This document shows positions 8,470-17,726 of a stretch of DNA of 39,908 nt, piece after piece. Source of the DNA: Gemmatimonadales bacterium (GTDB lineage: Bacteria > Gemmatimonadota > Gemmatimonadetes > Gemmatimonadales > GWC2-71-9); contig JBOHSQ010000028.1 in NCBI GenBank assembly GCA_050733295.1, positions 1 to 39,908 of the forward strand, given 5' to 3'. The notes beneath the pieces are model-generated. The model made no database searches, was not told where the DNA came from, and worked only from the letters and a program-made list of their open reading frames with translations. Made by a program: the position numbers and the translations under genes. The number at the start of each line of letters is the position of its first letter. Within the stretch, counting starts at the first letter, position 1.

Positions 8470-8502
8470 GGGGGGCTCCGCGGATCACGGAGCCCCCCTT
8501 TT
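8470..8502. terminator. bidirectional intrinsic terminator between convergent operons
   Basis: GGGGGGCTCCG (8470-8480), loop CGGATCA, CGGAGCCCCCC (8488-8498), then TTTT (8499-8502). It lies between stop 8424 (+) and stop 8523 (-). Confidence 0.78.
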
Positions 8503-8522
8503 CGCTTCTCACTTCTCACCTT

Positions 8523-9071
8523 CTACCCGCCAAGGGCCCTCACTGCGGCGTGGCCGTAGAACAGCCGAATGTACTTGGCCTGGGTATCGGTCAGGCGCCG
8601 GACGGCCCAGGCGAGGTGCACGAAGTGCGGCTCGACTGGCTTCACCCGCGGATGCATCCCGCATTCCGCGGGCAGGTGGTTGCCCTTGCGCGTATTGCAG
8701 CTCGAGCAGGCGGTTACCACGTTGGACCACGCGTTTCCCCCGCCACGGCTCACCGGCACGAGGTGATCGCGCGTCAGGCATTCCCGCGTCCGCAGCTCGG
8801 CCTGATGCCGGCCGCAGTACTGGCAGCGGTACTCGTCCCGCGCGAAGAGGAAGGTGTTGGTGACCTGGCGGCGGAAGCGGCGGGGGACGTGCACGAAGCG
8901 GACGAGCCTGATGATGGCCGGTCTGGGTAGTGCCAGCCGCGCACTTCGGACCGTCTGGTCCCGCTCCGCCTCGACGATCTCCGCCTTCCCCTCGATGACG
9001 AGCCGCAGGGCGCGGCGCACCGGCACGAGGGTAAGCGGTTCAAACGAAGCGTTGAGTGCGAGGCAGCGCAC
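8523..9071 (-). CDS. HNH endonuclease (widespread LNASxEPL-type family)
   Basis: N-terminus MRCLALNASFEPLTLVPVRRAL. CQYCG ... LTRDHLVPVSRGG ... WSNVVTACSSCNTRKGN is a Cys4 / H-N-H core. Confidence 0.88.
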   Translation of the reverse strand: MRCLALNASFEPLTLVPVRRALRLVIEGKAEIVEAERDQTVRSARLALPRPAIIRLVRFVHVPRRFRRQVTNTFLFARDEYRCQYCGRHQAELRTRECLTRDHLVPVSRGGGNAWSNVVTACSSCNTRKGNHLPAECGMHPRVKPVEPHFVHLAWAVRRLTDTQAKYIRLFYGHAAVRALGG

Positions 9072-9152
9072 GCGGAGCCCCCGAATGGCCGTGACCGAAC
9101 TTGAGGAAGGCTAAGCCGGGAATGGACTTGCGGCAAGCGGGCGGAGGGGACG

Positions 9153-10415
9153 TCACCGGTTCGTGACGCCCGGGGCGGCCCAGGCTCGCCTGCCCCCGAT
9201 CCAGGTGCCGACGATGTCCGGCGGCCGGGACGAGAGCACCACCCCCTCCACCGACTCGGCGGCATCGCCACGAAAGCCGGGCGGCAAGCCGATCGCGGCC
9301 ACGTCGCCCCACCGACCCGGCGTGAGTGCACCGACCTCCTCCCCCAGCCCCAGCGCCACGGCGGCGCCGGCAGTGGCAAGGTGCAGGGCTTCACGCGCAT
9401 CGAGCGACGCCAGCTCCCTGGCGATCCGGGCCTCCGCAAGCAGGTCGAGCGCGCCCACGCTCGCCTCGGAATCGGTGCCGACCCCCACCGCGATCCCCGC
9501 GTCGAGGAGTGCCCGGAGCGGAGCGTCGCCGTGGCCGTGGCGCCGGTTGCTGAGCGGACAGTGAGCCACCGCCGCGCCGGCCGAGCGGATCGACTCGACG
9601 TCGGCCTCTCCGAGGCGCACGGCATGGATGCACAACGTGCGCGACCCGAGCGCGTCGTGCTCCGCGAGCCAGCCCACCGGTGTCCGCCCCGCGGCCGGCA
9701 GCGGAATCCCGCGCCTGCGCCACGCGTCGCCGAACCCGCCCGCGCCGTCGGCGAGCAACGCCGACTCCGCAGCCGATTCCGCGATGTGCACGGCGATCGG
9801 CAGGTCCCTCGAGCGCGCCAGGTCGGCGGTCGCGCGATAAAGCGCGCCTGATACGGTGTACGGGGCGTGGGGTGACACACCGAGCCGGGCGCGTGGAGTC
9901 TGGATCGGGAACTGCGCGTCCACCCGCGCGCACAGGGTCGCGAATTCGTCCCGGAGCTGGTCGGGGTGGGGACCGAACACCTCCTGGTAGGCGATCCCGC
10001 TGCCGCCCAGATCCGTCAGCGCGGCGAGGGTGGCGCCGCTGTCCCCCGTATCGGCCACGGTGGTGACGCCCGCCGCCCAGCACGCCCGCAGGCCCTCACG
10101 CGCGGCCGCGAGGAACTCCGCAGGCGACCGTTCGGCCTTGAGCCGGCGGATCACGGCGATCCAGGCGACGAAGTCCTGTTCCTCCGCCCGGCCCGCCATT
10201 CCGGTGAGCTCGAGGTGGGTGTGGGCATTCACCATGCCCGGGATGAGGGCGGTATTCGCGAACTGCAGCTCGGGCACCCCGGGCGGGTGCGGCACGTCCG
10301 CAGCGGCACCCGCCGCCTGGACTCGCCCATCCTCTCCGATGAGAATCGCGCCGCCCGCGATGGGCGGCGCGATCACCGGAACGAGCCAATCCGCGGTGAG
10401 GCGGAGTGAGGGCAT
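9153..10415 (-). CDS. amidohydrolase-family protein (chlorohydrolase/nucleobase deaminase-like)
   Basis: Metal-binding motifs [24 protein letters not shown] and GVGTDS. The ATG abuts the PBP1A stop (TAGATG at 10413-10418 on the minus strand). Confidence 0.85.
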   Translation of the reverse strand: MPSLRLTADWLVPVIAPPIAGGAILIGEDGRVQAAGAAADVPHPPGVPELQFANTALIPGMVNAHTHLELTGMAGRAEEQDFVAWIAVIRRLKAERSPAEFLAAAREGLRACWAAGVTTVADTGDSGATLAALTDLGGSGIAYQEVFGPHPDQLRDEFATLCARVDAQFPIQTPRARLGVSPHAPYTVSGALYRATADLARSRDLPIAVHIAESAAESALLADGAGGFGDAWRRRGIPLPAAGRTPVGWLAEHDALGSRTLCIHAVRLGEADVESIRSAGAAVAHCPLSNRRHGHGDAPLRALLDAGIAVGVGTDSEASVGALDLLAEARIARELASLDAREALHLATAGAAVALGLGEEVGALTPGRWGDVAAIGLPPGFRGDAAESVEGVVLSSRPPDIVGTWIGGRRAWAAPGVTNR

Positions 10416-12572
10416 CTAGTTCGTGGGCGGCAGCGGGGACGGCGTCCCGGCCCCGAGGAATGGCGAGTGGACCGGGCAGACCTCGATGGGCGCAGTGTTG
10501 GGCAGGAACCATTCGACCTGGCGAACGTCGCCCGGACAGAACGGGCCGGCGCGATAACCGGTCGAGGCGTCGGTCTCCTCGAACACCAGGCCTTCGGGCC
10601 GGGCCCAGCCACCGTGGACCGTCCGCCGCTCGTAGATCTCCTTCATCATCCTGGTCCAGGCCGGCGCGGCAAGCCGCCCGCCCTGCGCGTTGTTCATGAT
10701 CCGCTGGGGCTGGTCGAAGCCGATCCAGATCCCGCCCACCAGGTCGGGCGTGAACCCGATGAACCAGACGTCCTTGTAGTCGTTGGTGGTGCCGGTCTTG
10801 CCCCCAGCCGGCACCGTGAACCCCGCGCCGGTGACGGCCCGGTACGCCGTGCCCTTGCGCACGACGTCGCGAAGCGCGTCCCGGATGAGCCAGTTCTGGG
10901 CCGGGTCCATGACCAGCTCGGTCCGCACGTTCGGCTCCCAGAGGATCTTCCCGGTGCGGTCCTCGACCCGCGTCACGGAGTAGGGCTGGGCCCGGGTACC
11001 GTCGGTCGCGAATGCGGTGTAGCCCGCGATCATCTCGAGCGGGCTCACATCGACCGCGCCGATGTGGATCGAGGGCACCGGCGGGATCCGGGTGGCGGTG
11101 AGCCCGAACCGGATCGCTTCGCTGATGACCGACTGCTCGCCGATCTCCATCCCCAGCTTGATAGCCGGGATGTTCTGGGAGAGGTAGAGCGCCCTCCGCG
11201 CATTCATCGGGCCCTTGAACTCGAGGTCGTAGTTCTTGGGCTCCCAGGGCGGCTCGCCGGGCACCGCCTCGATGCTGATCGGCTCGTCCACCAGGATGTG
11301 GCTGAACGGCACTCCGGCGCGCAGGGCGGCCGAGTAGACGATCGGCTTGAAGGTCGAGCCCGCTTGCCGCCGGGCCTGCACCGCGCGGTTGAACTTGCTG
11401 TCGTTGAAGTCCCGGCCGCCCACCATGGCCAGGACCGCGCCGGTGCGCGCGTCAATCACCACCGCGAGGCCCTGGAGATACGGGCTCCGGCCGGTCTCGT
11501 CGGTGCGCTGGGCGTCCTCGCCGAGGCTGTCGATGTACTGCCGGAAGCTGCGATGGGGGAACGGGCCGTAATCCTTGCCCGCCTCGATGGCCTGGAGCTG
11601 CGCTTCCAGCGCGCGCTCCGCTGCCTGTTGCATGTCGAGGTCGATCGTGGTGTAGATCCGGTAGCCGCTCCGGTACAGGTCGCGGCCGAACCGCGCCTCG
11701 AGCTGCTGTCGCACGTATTCGACGAAGTACTCCGCCACCCCGGTGTAGTCGGACCGCGAGGACAGGGTGAGGGGGCGCGCCTTCCACCGTTCGGCATCCG
11801 CCTCAGTCAGGTATCCGGCGTCGGCGAGCAGCTCGAGGACGACGTTCCGCCGCCGGATGGCCCGCTGGGGATAGCGGCGCGGGTTGTAATAGGAGGGAGC
11901 CTTCGGCAGTGCCGCGAGAACTGCAGCTTCGGCAACGTCCAGGTCGCGCACCGACTTCCCGAAGTAGCGCTGGCTGGCGGCCTCGACCCCGAATGCCCGG
12001 TTGCCCAGGTCGATCTGGTTCAGGTACAGCTCGAGGATCTTTTGCTTGGGGTACCGGCGCTCGATGGCCCGGGCGACCTTGGCCTCGCGCAGCTTCCGGC
12101 CGATGGTGCGCTCCCGCCGGTTGATATCCTCCGGCCAGAGATTCCCGGCGAGCTGCATGGTGATGGTGGAGAACCCCTCCTCGAGGCCGAACGCCATCAC
12201 ATTGGCCTTCACGGCGCCGAGCACCCGCACCCAGTCCACCCCGCCGTGTTCGTAGAAGCGCTTGTCCTCGGTGGCGAGGAAGGCGGCAATGACCGCGGGA
12301 GACATTTCGCCGAGCGGCACTACCGTGCGCCGCTCGAGCCCCAGCTCCGTGATGAGGCGCCCGTCGGCGGCGTAGACCTTGGAGGTCTGGTCGGGGTCGT
12401 GCTCGTCGAGGCCGCCGATCCCGGGGCAGCGGCTGCCCGCGCAGGCGAAGGCCCAGGCCCCGCCGAGCAGCGCGAGTCCGAAGACGGCACAGGCAGCGAA
12501 AGCGATGAGGATGATGCGGCGGTGAGACGCACCTGCCCACCACTGGCGCAGGCGGTCGAGACGATCGGCCAT
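10416..12572 (-). CDS. mrcA: penicillin-binding protein 1A (bifunctional glycosyltransferase/transpeptidase)
   Basis: N-terminal TM anchor. GT51 motifs [23 protein letters not shown] and RKLREAKVA. Transpeptidase motifs GSTFKP and GKTGTTND. Confidence 0.93.
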   Translation of the reverse strand: MADRLDRLRQWWAGASHRRIILIAFAACAVFGLALLGGAWAFACAGSRCPGIGGLDEHDPDQTSKVYAADGRLITELGLERRTVVPLGEMSPAVIAAFLATEDKRFYEHGGVDWVRVLGAVKANVMAFGLEEGFSTITMQLAGNLWPEDINRRERTIGRKLREAKVARAIERRYPKQKILELYLNQIDLGNRAFGVEAASQRYFGKSVRDLDVAEAAVLAALPKAPSYYNPRRYPQRAIRRRNVVLELLADAGYLTEADAERWKARPLTLSSRSDYTGVAEYFVEYVRQQLEARFGRDLYRSGYRIYTTIDLDMQQAAERALEAQLQAIEAGKDYGPFPHRSFRQYIDSLGEDAQRTDETGRSPYLQGLAVVIDARTGAVLAMVGGRDFNDSKFNRAVQARRQAGSTFKPIVYSAALRAGVPFSHILVDEPISIEAVPGEPPWEPKNYDLEFKGPMNARRALYLSQNIPAIKLGMEIGEQSVISEAIRFGLTATRIPPVPSIHIGAVDVSPLEMIAGYTAFATDGTRAQPYSVTRVEDRTGKILWEPNVRTELVMDPAQNWLIRDALRDVVRKGTAYRAVTGAGFTVPAGGKTGTTNDYKDVWFIGFTPDLVGGIWIGFDQPQRIMNNAQGGRLAAPAWTRMMKEIYERRTVHGGWARPEGLVFEETDASTGYRAGPFCPGDVRQVEWFLPNTAPIEVCPVHSPFLGAGTPSPLPPTN

Positions 12573-12656
12573 CGCGGGAAACTAGCGGCGTCACCCGGCC
12601 CGGGGCCAGCCGCCGAGCTTGCCGGGCCGCCCGACGGGCACGTACGATTCGCCGCG
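12573..12656. promoter_or_regulatory. divergent promoter region PBP1A / tyrS with -10-like hexamers next to both start codons
   Basis: TACGAT (12643-12648) lies 8 nt before the tyrS ATG, with TTGCCG 18 nt upstream. On the minus strand, TAGTTT (12584-12579) lies 6 nt before the PBP1A ATG. Neither gene has a Shine-Dalgarno. Confidence 0.4.
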
Positions 12657-13925
12657 ATGACAACCCTCCTCGAAGTGTTGACCGAGCGCCGCCTGGTGCA
12701 GGAGGCAACCCCGGGTCTCGCCGCGAGGCTCGCGCGCGGCCCGATCACGGGGTATGCCGGCTTCGACCCGACGGCCGACTCGCTCCACGTGGGCAACCTG
12801 GTGCCCGTGATGGCGCTGGCCTGGCTCCAGCGCACCGGCGGGAGCCCGATCGCGCTGGTGGGAGGGGCAACCGGGCTGGTGGGGGATCCCAGCGGAAAGC
12901 GGAGTGAGCGCCCGCTGCTCGATCCCGCGACTGTCGCGGCCAATGCCGCTGCCATCCGCACGCAGCTGTCGCGATTCCTCGACTTCGACGGGCCCTCGCC
13001 CGCGATGATGGCCAACAATGCGGAGTGGCTGGGTGGGCTGGGGCTGCTCGATTTCCTCCGCGACGCGGGGAAGCACTTCACGATCGGCTGGATGCTGCAG
13101 AAGGAATCGGTGCGAAGCCGGCTGGAGGGCGGCATCTCGCTCACCGAGTTCGTGTACATGGCGCTGCAGGCCTACGACTTCGCCCACCTGCGCCGGACGA
13201 GGGGATGCGAGCTTCAGGTCGGCGGCAGCGACCAGTGGGGCAACATCACGGCGGGCATCGAGCTGATCGGGAAGCGGGACGGCGGAGAGGCGCACGGCCT
13301 GGTGCTGCCGCTGCTGACCACCGCCTCCGGCACCAAGTTCGGCAAGACCGAGGCGGGCAACATCTGGCTGGACCCCGCCCGGACGAGTCCCTACCAGTTC
13401 TACCAGTTCTGGCTGAACGCCGACGACCGTGACGCCGATCGACTGCTCCGGACGTTCACGTTCCTGCCCCTGCCGGAGATCGCCGGGACGATGCGGGCCC
13501 AGGCGGCGGATCCGGCCGCCCGTTCGGCCCAGCGCCTCCTCGCCGACGAGCTGACGGCCCGGGTGCACGGGACGGAGGTCCTGCGACGGGTACGCGAAGC
13601 GAGCCGCCTGCTCTTCGGTGCGGATGACATCGCCGGCGCCACCGCCGAGGTCCTGGAAGTGATCGCGGGCGAGGTGCCTACCAGCGCGCTCGACCCCGAG
13701 GCCCTGGCCCGGGGCCTGCCGATCGCCGACGCCCTCGTCTCGGCCGGACTGGCGACGTCCAAGGCCGATGCCCGGCGGGGCATCCAGCAGCAGGGGTTCT
13801 CGGTGAACGGGATCCGGCTCGCCGAAGCCGACCGGCGGCTTACCGCGGGCGACCTGTTGCACGGGCGGTACGTGGTGCTGCAGAAGGGCCGGAAGAACTA
13901 CGCGATGTTGGAGGTGAGGAAATAG
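12657..13925 (+). CDS. tyrS: tyrosine--tRNA ligase
   Basis: ATG 12657 is in frame inside the 1152-aa artefactual ORF. Motifs [15 protein letters not shown] (HIGH), KFGKTE (KMSKS-like) and a C-terminal S4-like domain. Confidence 0.95.
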   Translation: MTTLLEVLTERRLVQEATPGLAARLARGPITGYAGFDPTADSLHVGNLVPVMALAWLQRTGGSPIALVGGATGLVGDPSGKRSERPLLDPATVAANAAAIRTQLSRFLDFDGPSPAMMANNAEWLGGLGLLDFLRDAGKHFTIGWMLQKESVRSRLEGGISLTEFVYMALQAYDFAHLRRTRGCELQVGGSDQWGNITAGIELIGKRDGGEAHGLVLPLLTTASGTKFGKTEAGNIWLDPARTSPYQFYQFWLNADDRDADRLLRTFTFLPLPEIAGTMRAQAADPAARSAQRLLADELTARVHGTEVLRRVREASRLLFGADDIAGATAEVLEVIAGEVPTSALDPEALARGLPIADALVSAGLATSKADARRGIQQQGFSVNGIRLAEADRRLTAGDLLHGRYVVLQKGRKNYAMLEVRK

Positions 13926-13929
13926 GGCG

Positions 13930-15465
13930 TCACCGCCTTCTCCTCGTTGATCGCGGCGGCTTCGCGCCGAGCAATCCGAACAACCCCCGCACAACCTCCC
14001 GGCCGATGGTGCGACCGAATGCGCCCGCGAGCGCGCCCGCGGTGGCGGCGGCGATGGTCTTCCCTGCCCCCCCGCGCCTCGGTTCCTCCCGCTCCGGAGC
14101 GGGCACGGGCGGCGCCTCTGCCCGTTCCATCCTTCGCGACAGCATCTCGTAGGCACTCTCCCGGTCCATCGCCTGTCCGTACTCCTTCGCCAGGTCCGAT
14201 TCGGCGAGCTCCCGGGCCATCTCTTCGGCCGTGAGCGGCGCCATCCGACTCGCGGGCGGACCCAGACGAGTCGCGACGACCGGAGTAGGTACGCCGCGTG
14301 GATCAAGCACCGTCACGATGGCCTCTCCGATCCCGAGCGTCGTGAGCGTCTCGCCGAGGTCGTAGAAGGTCGTCTTCGGGAAGGTTCGCACCGTGGCGCG
14401 TATCGCCGCGTCGTCGTCCGGAGTGTGGGCCCGGAGTGCGTGCTGCACTCGATTCCCCAGCTGGCCGAGCACGCTGGCGGGCACGTCCTTCGGGGTCTGG
14501 GTAACGAAGAAAACGCCAACGCCTTTCGACCGGACCAGGCGGACCACCTGCTCGACCTGCTCCAGGAACGGCTTCGGCGCATCGTTGAAGAGGAGGTGCG
14601 CCTCGTCGAAGTAGAAGACCAGCTTCGGTTGCTCCAGGTCGCCCACCTCGGGCAGCGCCTGGTAAAGCTCCGCGAGCAGCCACATCAGGAAGGTGGAGTA
14701 CAGGCGGGGCCGGTCCTGCACGTCGGCCAGTTCGAGGCAGGTGACCACGCCCTTTCCTTCCGCCGTCACGTGGAGCAGGTCGCGCACGTCGAACTCGGGC
14801 TCGCCGAAGAACCGCTCCGCCCCCTGGGCCTCGAGTTCCACCAGCTTGCGGAGGAGCACGCCGAGCGTGGGCCGTGATACTCCACCGACGCGCTCGATGT
14901 CGGCCTTCCCCTCGTCCGAGGTCAGGTGCTGCAGGACGGCGCGCAGGTCCTTGAAGTCGAGCAGGGGCAGGCCCGCATCGTCGCAGTACCTGAAGACCAG
15001 CGTGAGCACGCTGGTCTGGGTGTCGTTGAGGTCGAGGACCTTGGCGAGGAGCAGCGGCCCGAAGGAACTCACCGTGGCCCGGAGCTGGGCACCAAGTGTT
15101 CCCGACAGGCTGACGAACTCGACGGGTGAGCCGGCAGGCGTCCAGGTCCATCCGATGGTGCCCGCACGCTCGGTGAGCTTGGGGCTGCCGACGCCGGGGC
15201 GTGCGATGCCGCCCAGGTCGCCCTTCACGTCCGCGGCGAAGACCGGGATCCCCGCGGCGGAACACTGCTCGGCGAGCAGCTGCAGGGTGCGCGTCTTGCC
15301 AGTCCCCGTAGCGCCCGCCACGAGGCCGTGCCGGTTGAGCATGGCCAGCGGCACGCGCACCTGTGGGGCGGGATGAGGCTGTCCCTCGTGCAGGGCGGCG
15401 CCCAGTGTCAGCGACCGCGCATCGAATTCGTAACCGGCCCTGAGGTGCTCGGCGAAAGAGGTCAT
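13930..15465 (-). CDS. DUF853 / HerA-like helicase-domain ATPase
   Basis: Start taken at MTSFAEHLRAGYEF (ATG 15465), not the upstream Arg/Pro-rich extension. Walker A GATGTGKT, Walker B-like VFYFDEAHLLF. The overall pattern matches YjgR-type proteins. Confidence 0.85.
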   Translation of the reverse strand: MTSFAEHLRAGYEFDARSLTLGAALHEGQPHPAPQVRVPLAMLNRHGLVAGATGTGKTRTLQLLAEQCSAAGIPVFAADVKGDLGGIARPGVGSPKLTERAGTIGWTWTPAGSPVEFVSLSGTLGAQLRATVSSFGPLLLAKVLDLNDTQTSVLTLVFRYCDDAGLPLLDFKDLRAVLQHLTSDEGKADIERVGGVSRPTLGVLLRKLVELEAQGAERFFGEPEFDVRDLLHVTAEGKGVVTCLELADVQDRPRLYSTFLMWLLAELYQALPEVGDLEQPKLVFYFDEAHLLFNDAPKPFLEQVEQVVRLVRSKGVGVFFVTQTPKDVPASVLGQLGNRVQHALRAHTPDDDAAIRATVRTFPKTTFYDLGETLTTLGIGEAIVTVLDPRGVPTPVVATRLGPPASRMAPLTAEEMARELAESDLAKEYGQAMDRESAYEMLSRRMERAEAPPVPAPEREEPRRGGAGKTIAAATAGALAGAFGRTIGREVVRGLFGLLGAKPPRSTRRRR

Positions 15466-15692
15466 CGGGATGATTCCGCGAGGCGTGCCGGTTGCCCGGC
15501 TGCCGCTTCCTGGTAAAGTCGGCCGAGCCGGTCGTTCAGCCGGTCGATGTCGAATTCCTGCTCCACCCTTACCCTCGCGGCGGCGGTGACTGGCGCCCAC
15601 CGGATGGGAGACTCCAGCAAGGCGAAGACGCCGTGGACCAGGCCGGCAACGTCCCGCTCCCGGGCATGGAAGCCGCTCTCGCCGTCGCGCAT
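15462..15692 (-). pseudogene. relic of the C-terminal ~75 aa of a GT1/GT4 glycosyltransferase (76-codon ORF)
   Basis: The translation MRDGESGFHARERDVAGLVHGVFALLESP...ARVRVEQEFDIDRLNDRLGRLYQEA parallels the C-terminus of the intact GT4 at 18842-20029 (VREGETGFLVEPTDVEAATAAIAALLDDP...). No catalytic N-terminal part is present. The stop overlaps the ATPase's ATG (ATGA). Confidence 0.5.
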
Positions 15693-15704
15693 CCGATGCG
15701 CATG

Positions 15705-16877
15705 TCAGAGCGCGCGGTCTAGCAGCCTGGCGACGCGCTCGAGTTCCTCCACCGTGTTGTACAGGTGCGGCGAGAGCCGGATGGCACCCTCCCGGAGGCT
15801 CGTGACGACGCCGGCATCGTTCAGCGCCTGCCAGGCGCGCTCGGCATCCGGCGGACGGATGCAGAGGATACCCGATCCGCTTCCGCCCAGGGGAGAGGTC
15901 ACCGGAACGCCGCGCCGCCTCGCCCATTCAACCACCGGCACGCGAAGTGAACGAAGGTGGGCCGCGATGGCCTCGGCAGGGATCTCTGCGAAGAGTGAGA
16001 GCGACGCCACCATCCCGCAGAAATCCTGGAACGGCAGGGTGACCATCTCGAACCGGCGGGCGTCGTGCCGGAGGTCCGGATTGTAGGCGCACAGCCGGCT
16101 CAGGTCGTCGGTGCCCTGGAACGCCATCCAGCCGGCCCAGGGCGGTTCGATCCGGTCGAGCAGGCTCCGCCGCACGTAGGTGAACCCCGAGCCCCAGGGG
16201 CCGAGCAGCCACTTCTGCGCACCGCACGAAAGCATGTCCACCGGCGTCGCGGCGACGTCCACCGGCAGCTGTCCGCAGGCCTGAATCGCGTCGACCACGA
16301 GCAGGATGCCGCGGGCGCGCGTTTCGCGGGACAGGCGTGCGAGATCGAGCGTGTAGCCGGTGCTGAACTGGGTCAGCGAAACTGCCAGGCACCTGACCCT
16401 GGGGTCGTCGAGGCGCGCGAGCAATGCCCCCTCGTCCGGCCACCCCTCCGGCGTGAGCGGCAGCAGCTCGAATCGGAACGCGCCGTGTACGGCCCGGTGC
16501 AGGAACGGGTACACCAGCGCCGGAAATTCCTTGTCGCTGGCCAGCACCACGTCCTCCGGGCCGAGCGGCAGGGCCAGGGCCGCGAGGTTGATGCCGTAGC
16601 TGGTGTTGGGGGCGAGCGCGATTTCCGCCGGGTCGGCGTTGATGAGCCTGGCGGCTGCGGCGCGGGCGGCCTCGAAGATGGGGAAGAAATCCCCTTCACC
16701 GAGCCTGTGAGGGGCACTTCGCCGCTCGTGGTACTCGGCCAGCGCCCTGCGGGTCCGCTCCGGGTGCGGGCCGATGCTCGCGTGGTTGAGGTAGGTCGTC
16801 TCCTCCGCCCAGGGGAATTCCTCCCGGCGGATCGATTCGACGTCGAGGCTCGAAGGCGCAGCGGGTTCAGCCGTCAC
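15705..16877 (-). CDS. class-V aminotransferase-fold PLP-dependent enzyme (cysteine desulfurase / epimerase-like)
   Basis: YLNHASIGP, LVVDAIQACG and SCGAQKWLLGPWGSGF (PLP lysine context). Start placed at in-frame GTG 16877, because the longer ORF would overlap the upstream permease by about 100 nt. Confidence 0.85.
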   Translation of the reverse strand: MTAEPAAPSSLDVESIRREEFPWAEETTYLNHASIGPHPERTRRALAEYHERRSAPHRLGEGDFFPIFEAARAAAARLINADPAEIALAPNTSYGINLAALALPLGPEDVVLASDKEFPALVYPFLHRAVHGAFRFELLPLTPEGWPDEGALLARLDDPRVRCLAVSLTQFSTGYTLDLARLSRETRARGILLVVDAIQACGQLPVDVAATPVDMLSCGAQKWLLGPWGSGFTYVRRSLLDRIEPPWAGWMAFQGTDDLSRLCAYNPDLRHDARRFEMVTLPFQDFCGMVASLSLFAEIPAEAIAAHLRSLRVPVVEWARRRGVPVTSPLGGSGSGILCIRPPDAERAWQALNDAGVVTSLREGAIRLSPHLYNTVEELERVARLLDRAL

Positions 16878-17712
16878 GGGTGAGCCTCGGATCGTAGGCC
16901 TCGCGGAGTCCGTCGCCGACCAGGTTGAAGCCGAGGACCGCCAGCCCGATGGCGACGCCGGGCGCAAAGGAGACCCAGGGCGCGGTCCTCAGGAGGTCGC
17001 GGCCATCTGCGACCATCGCACCCCAGCTCGGCGTCGGCGGCTGGGTGCCAAGTCCCACGAACGAGAGCGCCGCCTCGGCCATGATGGCGGCGGCCATGCC
17101 CAGGCTGGCGGCGATGATCACCTGGGCGCGGACGTTGGGCAGGAGATGACGCAGCAGGATCCGGCGGTCGGGGGCGCCGAGCGCGCGGGACGCGAGCACG
17201 AATTCACCTTCACGGAGCGAGAGCACCTGGCCCCTGACCAGTCGCGCCATCCCGGCCCACCCCACGGCGCCGATCACCACGAACACCACGAGCAGCGAGG
17301 GCCGCACCGCGGCGGCAACTGCGATCAGCAGGAGCAGGGTCGGGAACGCCAGGGTGATGTCGGCAAGCCGCATGACCAGCGCGTCCACCCAGCGGCCGTA
17401 CCAGCCAGCGATCAGGCCCAGCGTCACGCCGAGGAGCGCGGCGACGGTCTGTGACACGAGCCCGACGGCGAGCGAAATCCTGGCCCCGTACAGCACCCGG
17501 CTCAGGACATCGCGGCCCTGGGTGTCGGTGCCGAGGGGATAGCTACCCCCGGGCTTGAGCAGGTAGGCACCCCGCAGGTCGCCGGTCAGCGGGTCGTGCG
17601 GCGACAGCCACGGCGCCAGCAGGGCGGCAAGGACCACCACCACGACGAGCACCACGCCGAGCTGGAGGAAGCGGTCGGCACGGAGTCGGCGCACGAACGG
17701 GGAAGCAGCCAA
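16867..17712 (-). CDS. ABC transporter permease, DppC/OppC type
   Basis: OppC_N-like N-terminus (LLAPWLSPHDPL ... PLGTDTQGRDVLSRVLYGARISL). EAA-type loop SRALGAPDRRILLRHLLPN. Six hydrophobic segments. Confidence 0.88.
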   Translation of the reverse strand: MAASPFVRRLRADRFLQLGVVLVVVVVLAALLAPWLSPHDPLTGDLRGAYLLKPGGSYPLGTDTQGRDVLSRVLYGARISLAVGLVSQTVAALLGVTLGLIAGWYGRWVDALVMRLADITLAFPTLLLLIAVAAAVRPSLLVVFVVIGAVGWAGMARLVRGQVLSLREGEFVLASRALGAPDRRILLRHLLPNVRAQVIIAASLGMAAAIMAEAALSFVGLGTQPPTPSWGAMVADGRDLLRTAPWVSFAPGVAIGLAVLGFNLVGDGLREAYDPRLTRDG

Positions 17713-17726
17713 GCCGGGCTCCGGCC

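Noticed and set aside
10467-13925. 1152-aa plus-strand ORF, the longest in the track
   Set aside because: Its first ~730 codons are the antisense shadow of the PBP1A gene: Arg/Pro/Gly-rich with no motifs. Only the part from ATG 12657 onward is a recognisable protein (TyrS). The long open frame is a high-GC artefact.
8523-15465. HNH endonuclease and HerA-like (DUF853) ATPase as parts of a defence island
   Set aside because: The two genes lie 4.8 kb apart, separated by housekeeping genes (amidohydrolase, PBP1A, tyrS). Both belong to widespread single-gene families. There are no methylase, Sir2, nuclease-partner or mobility genes around them.
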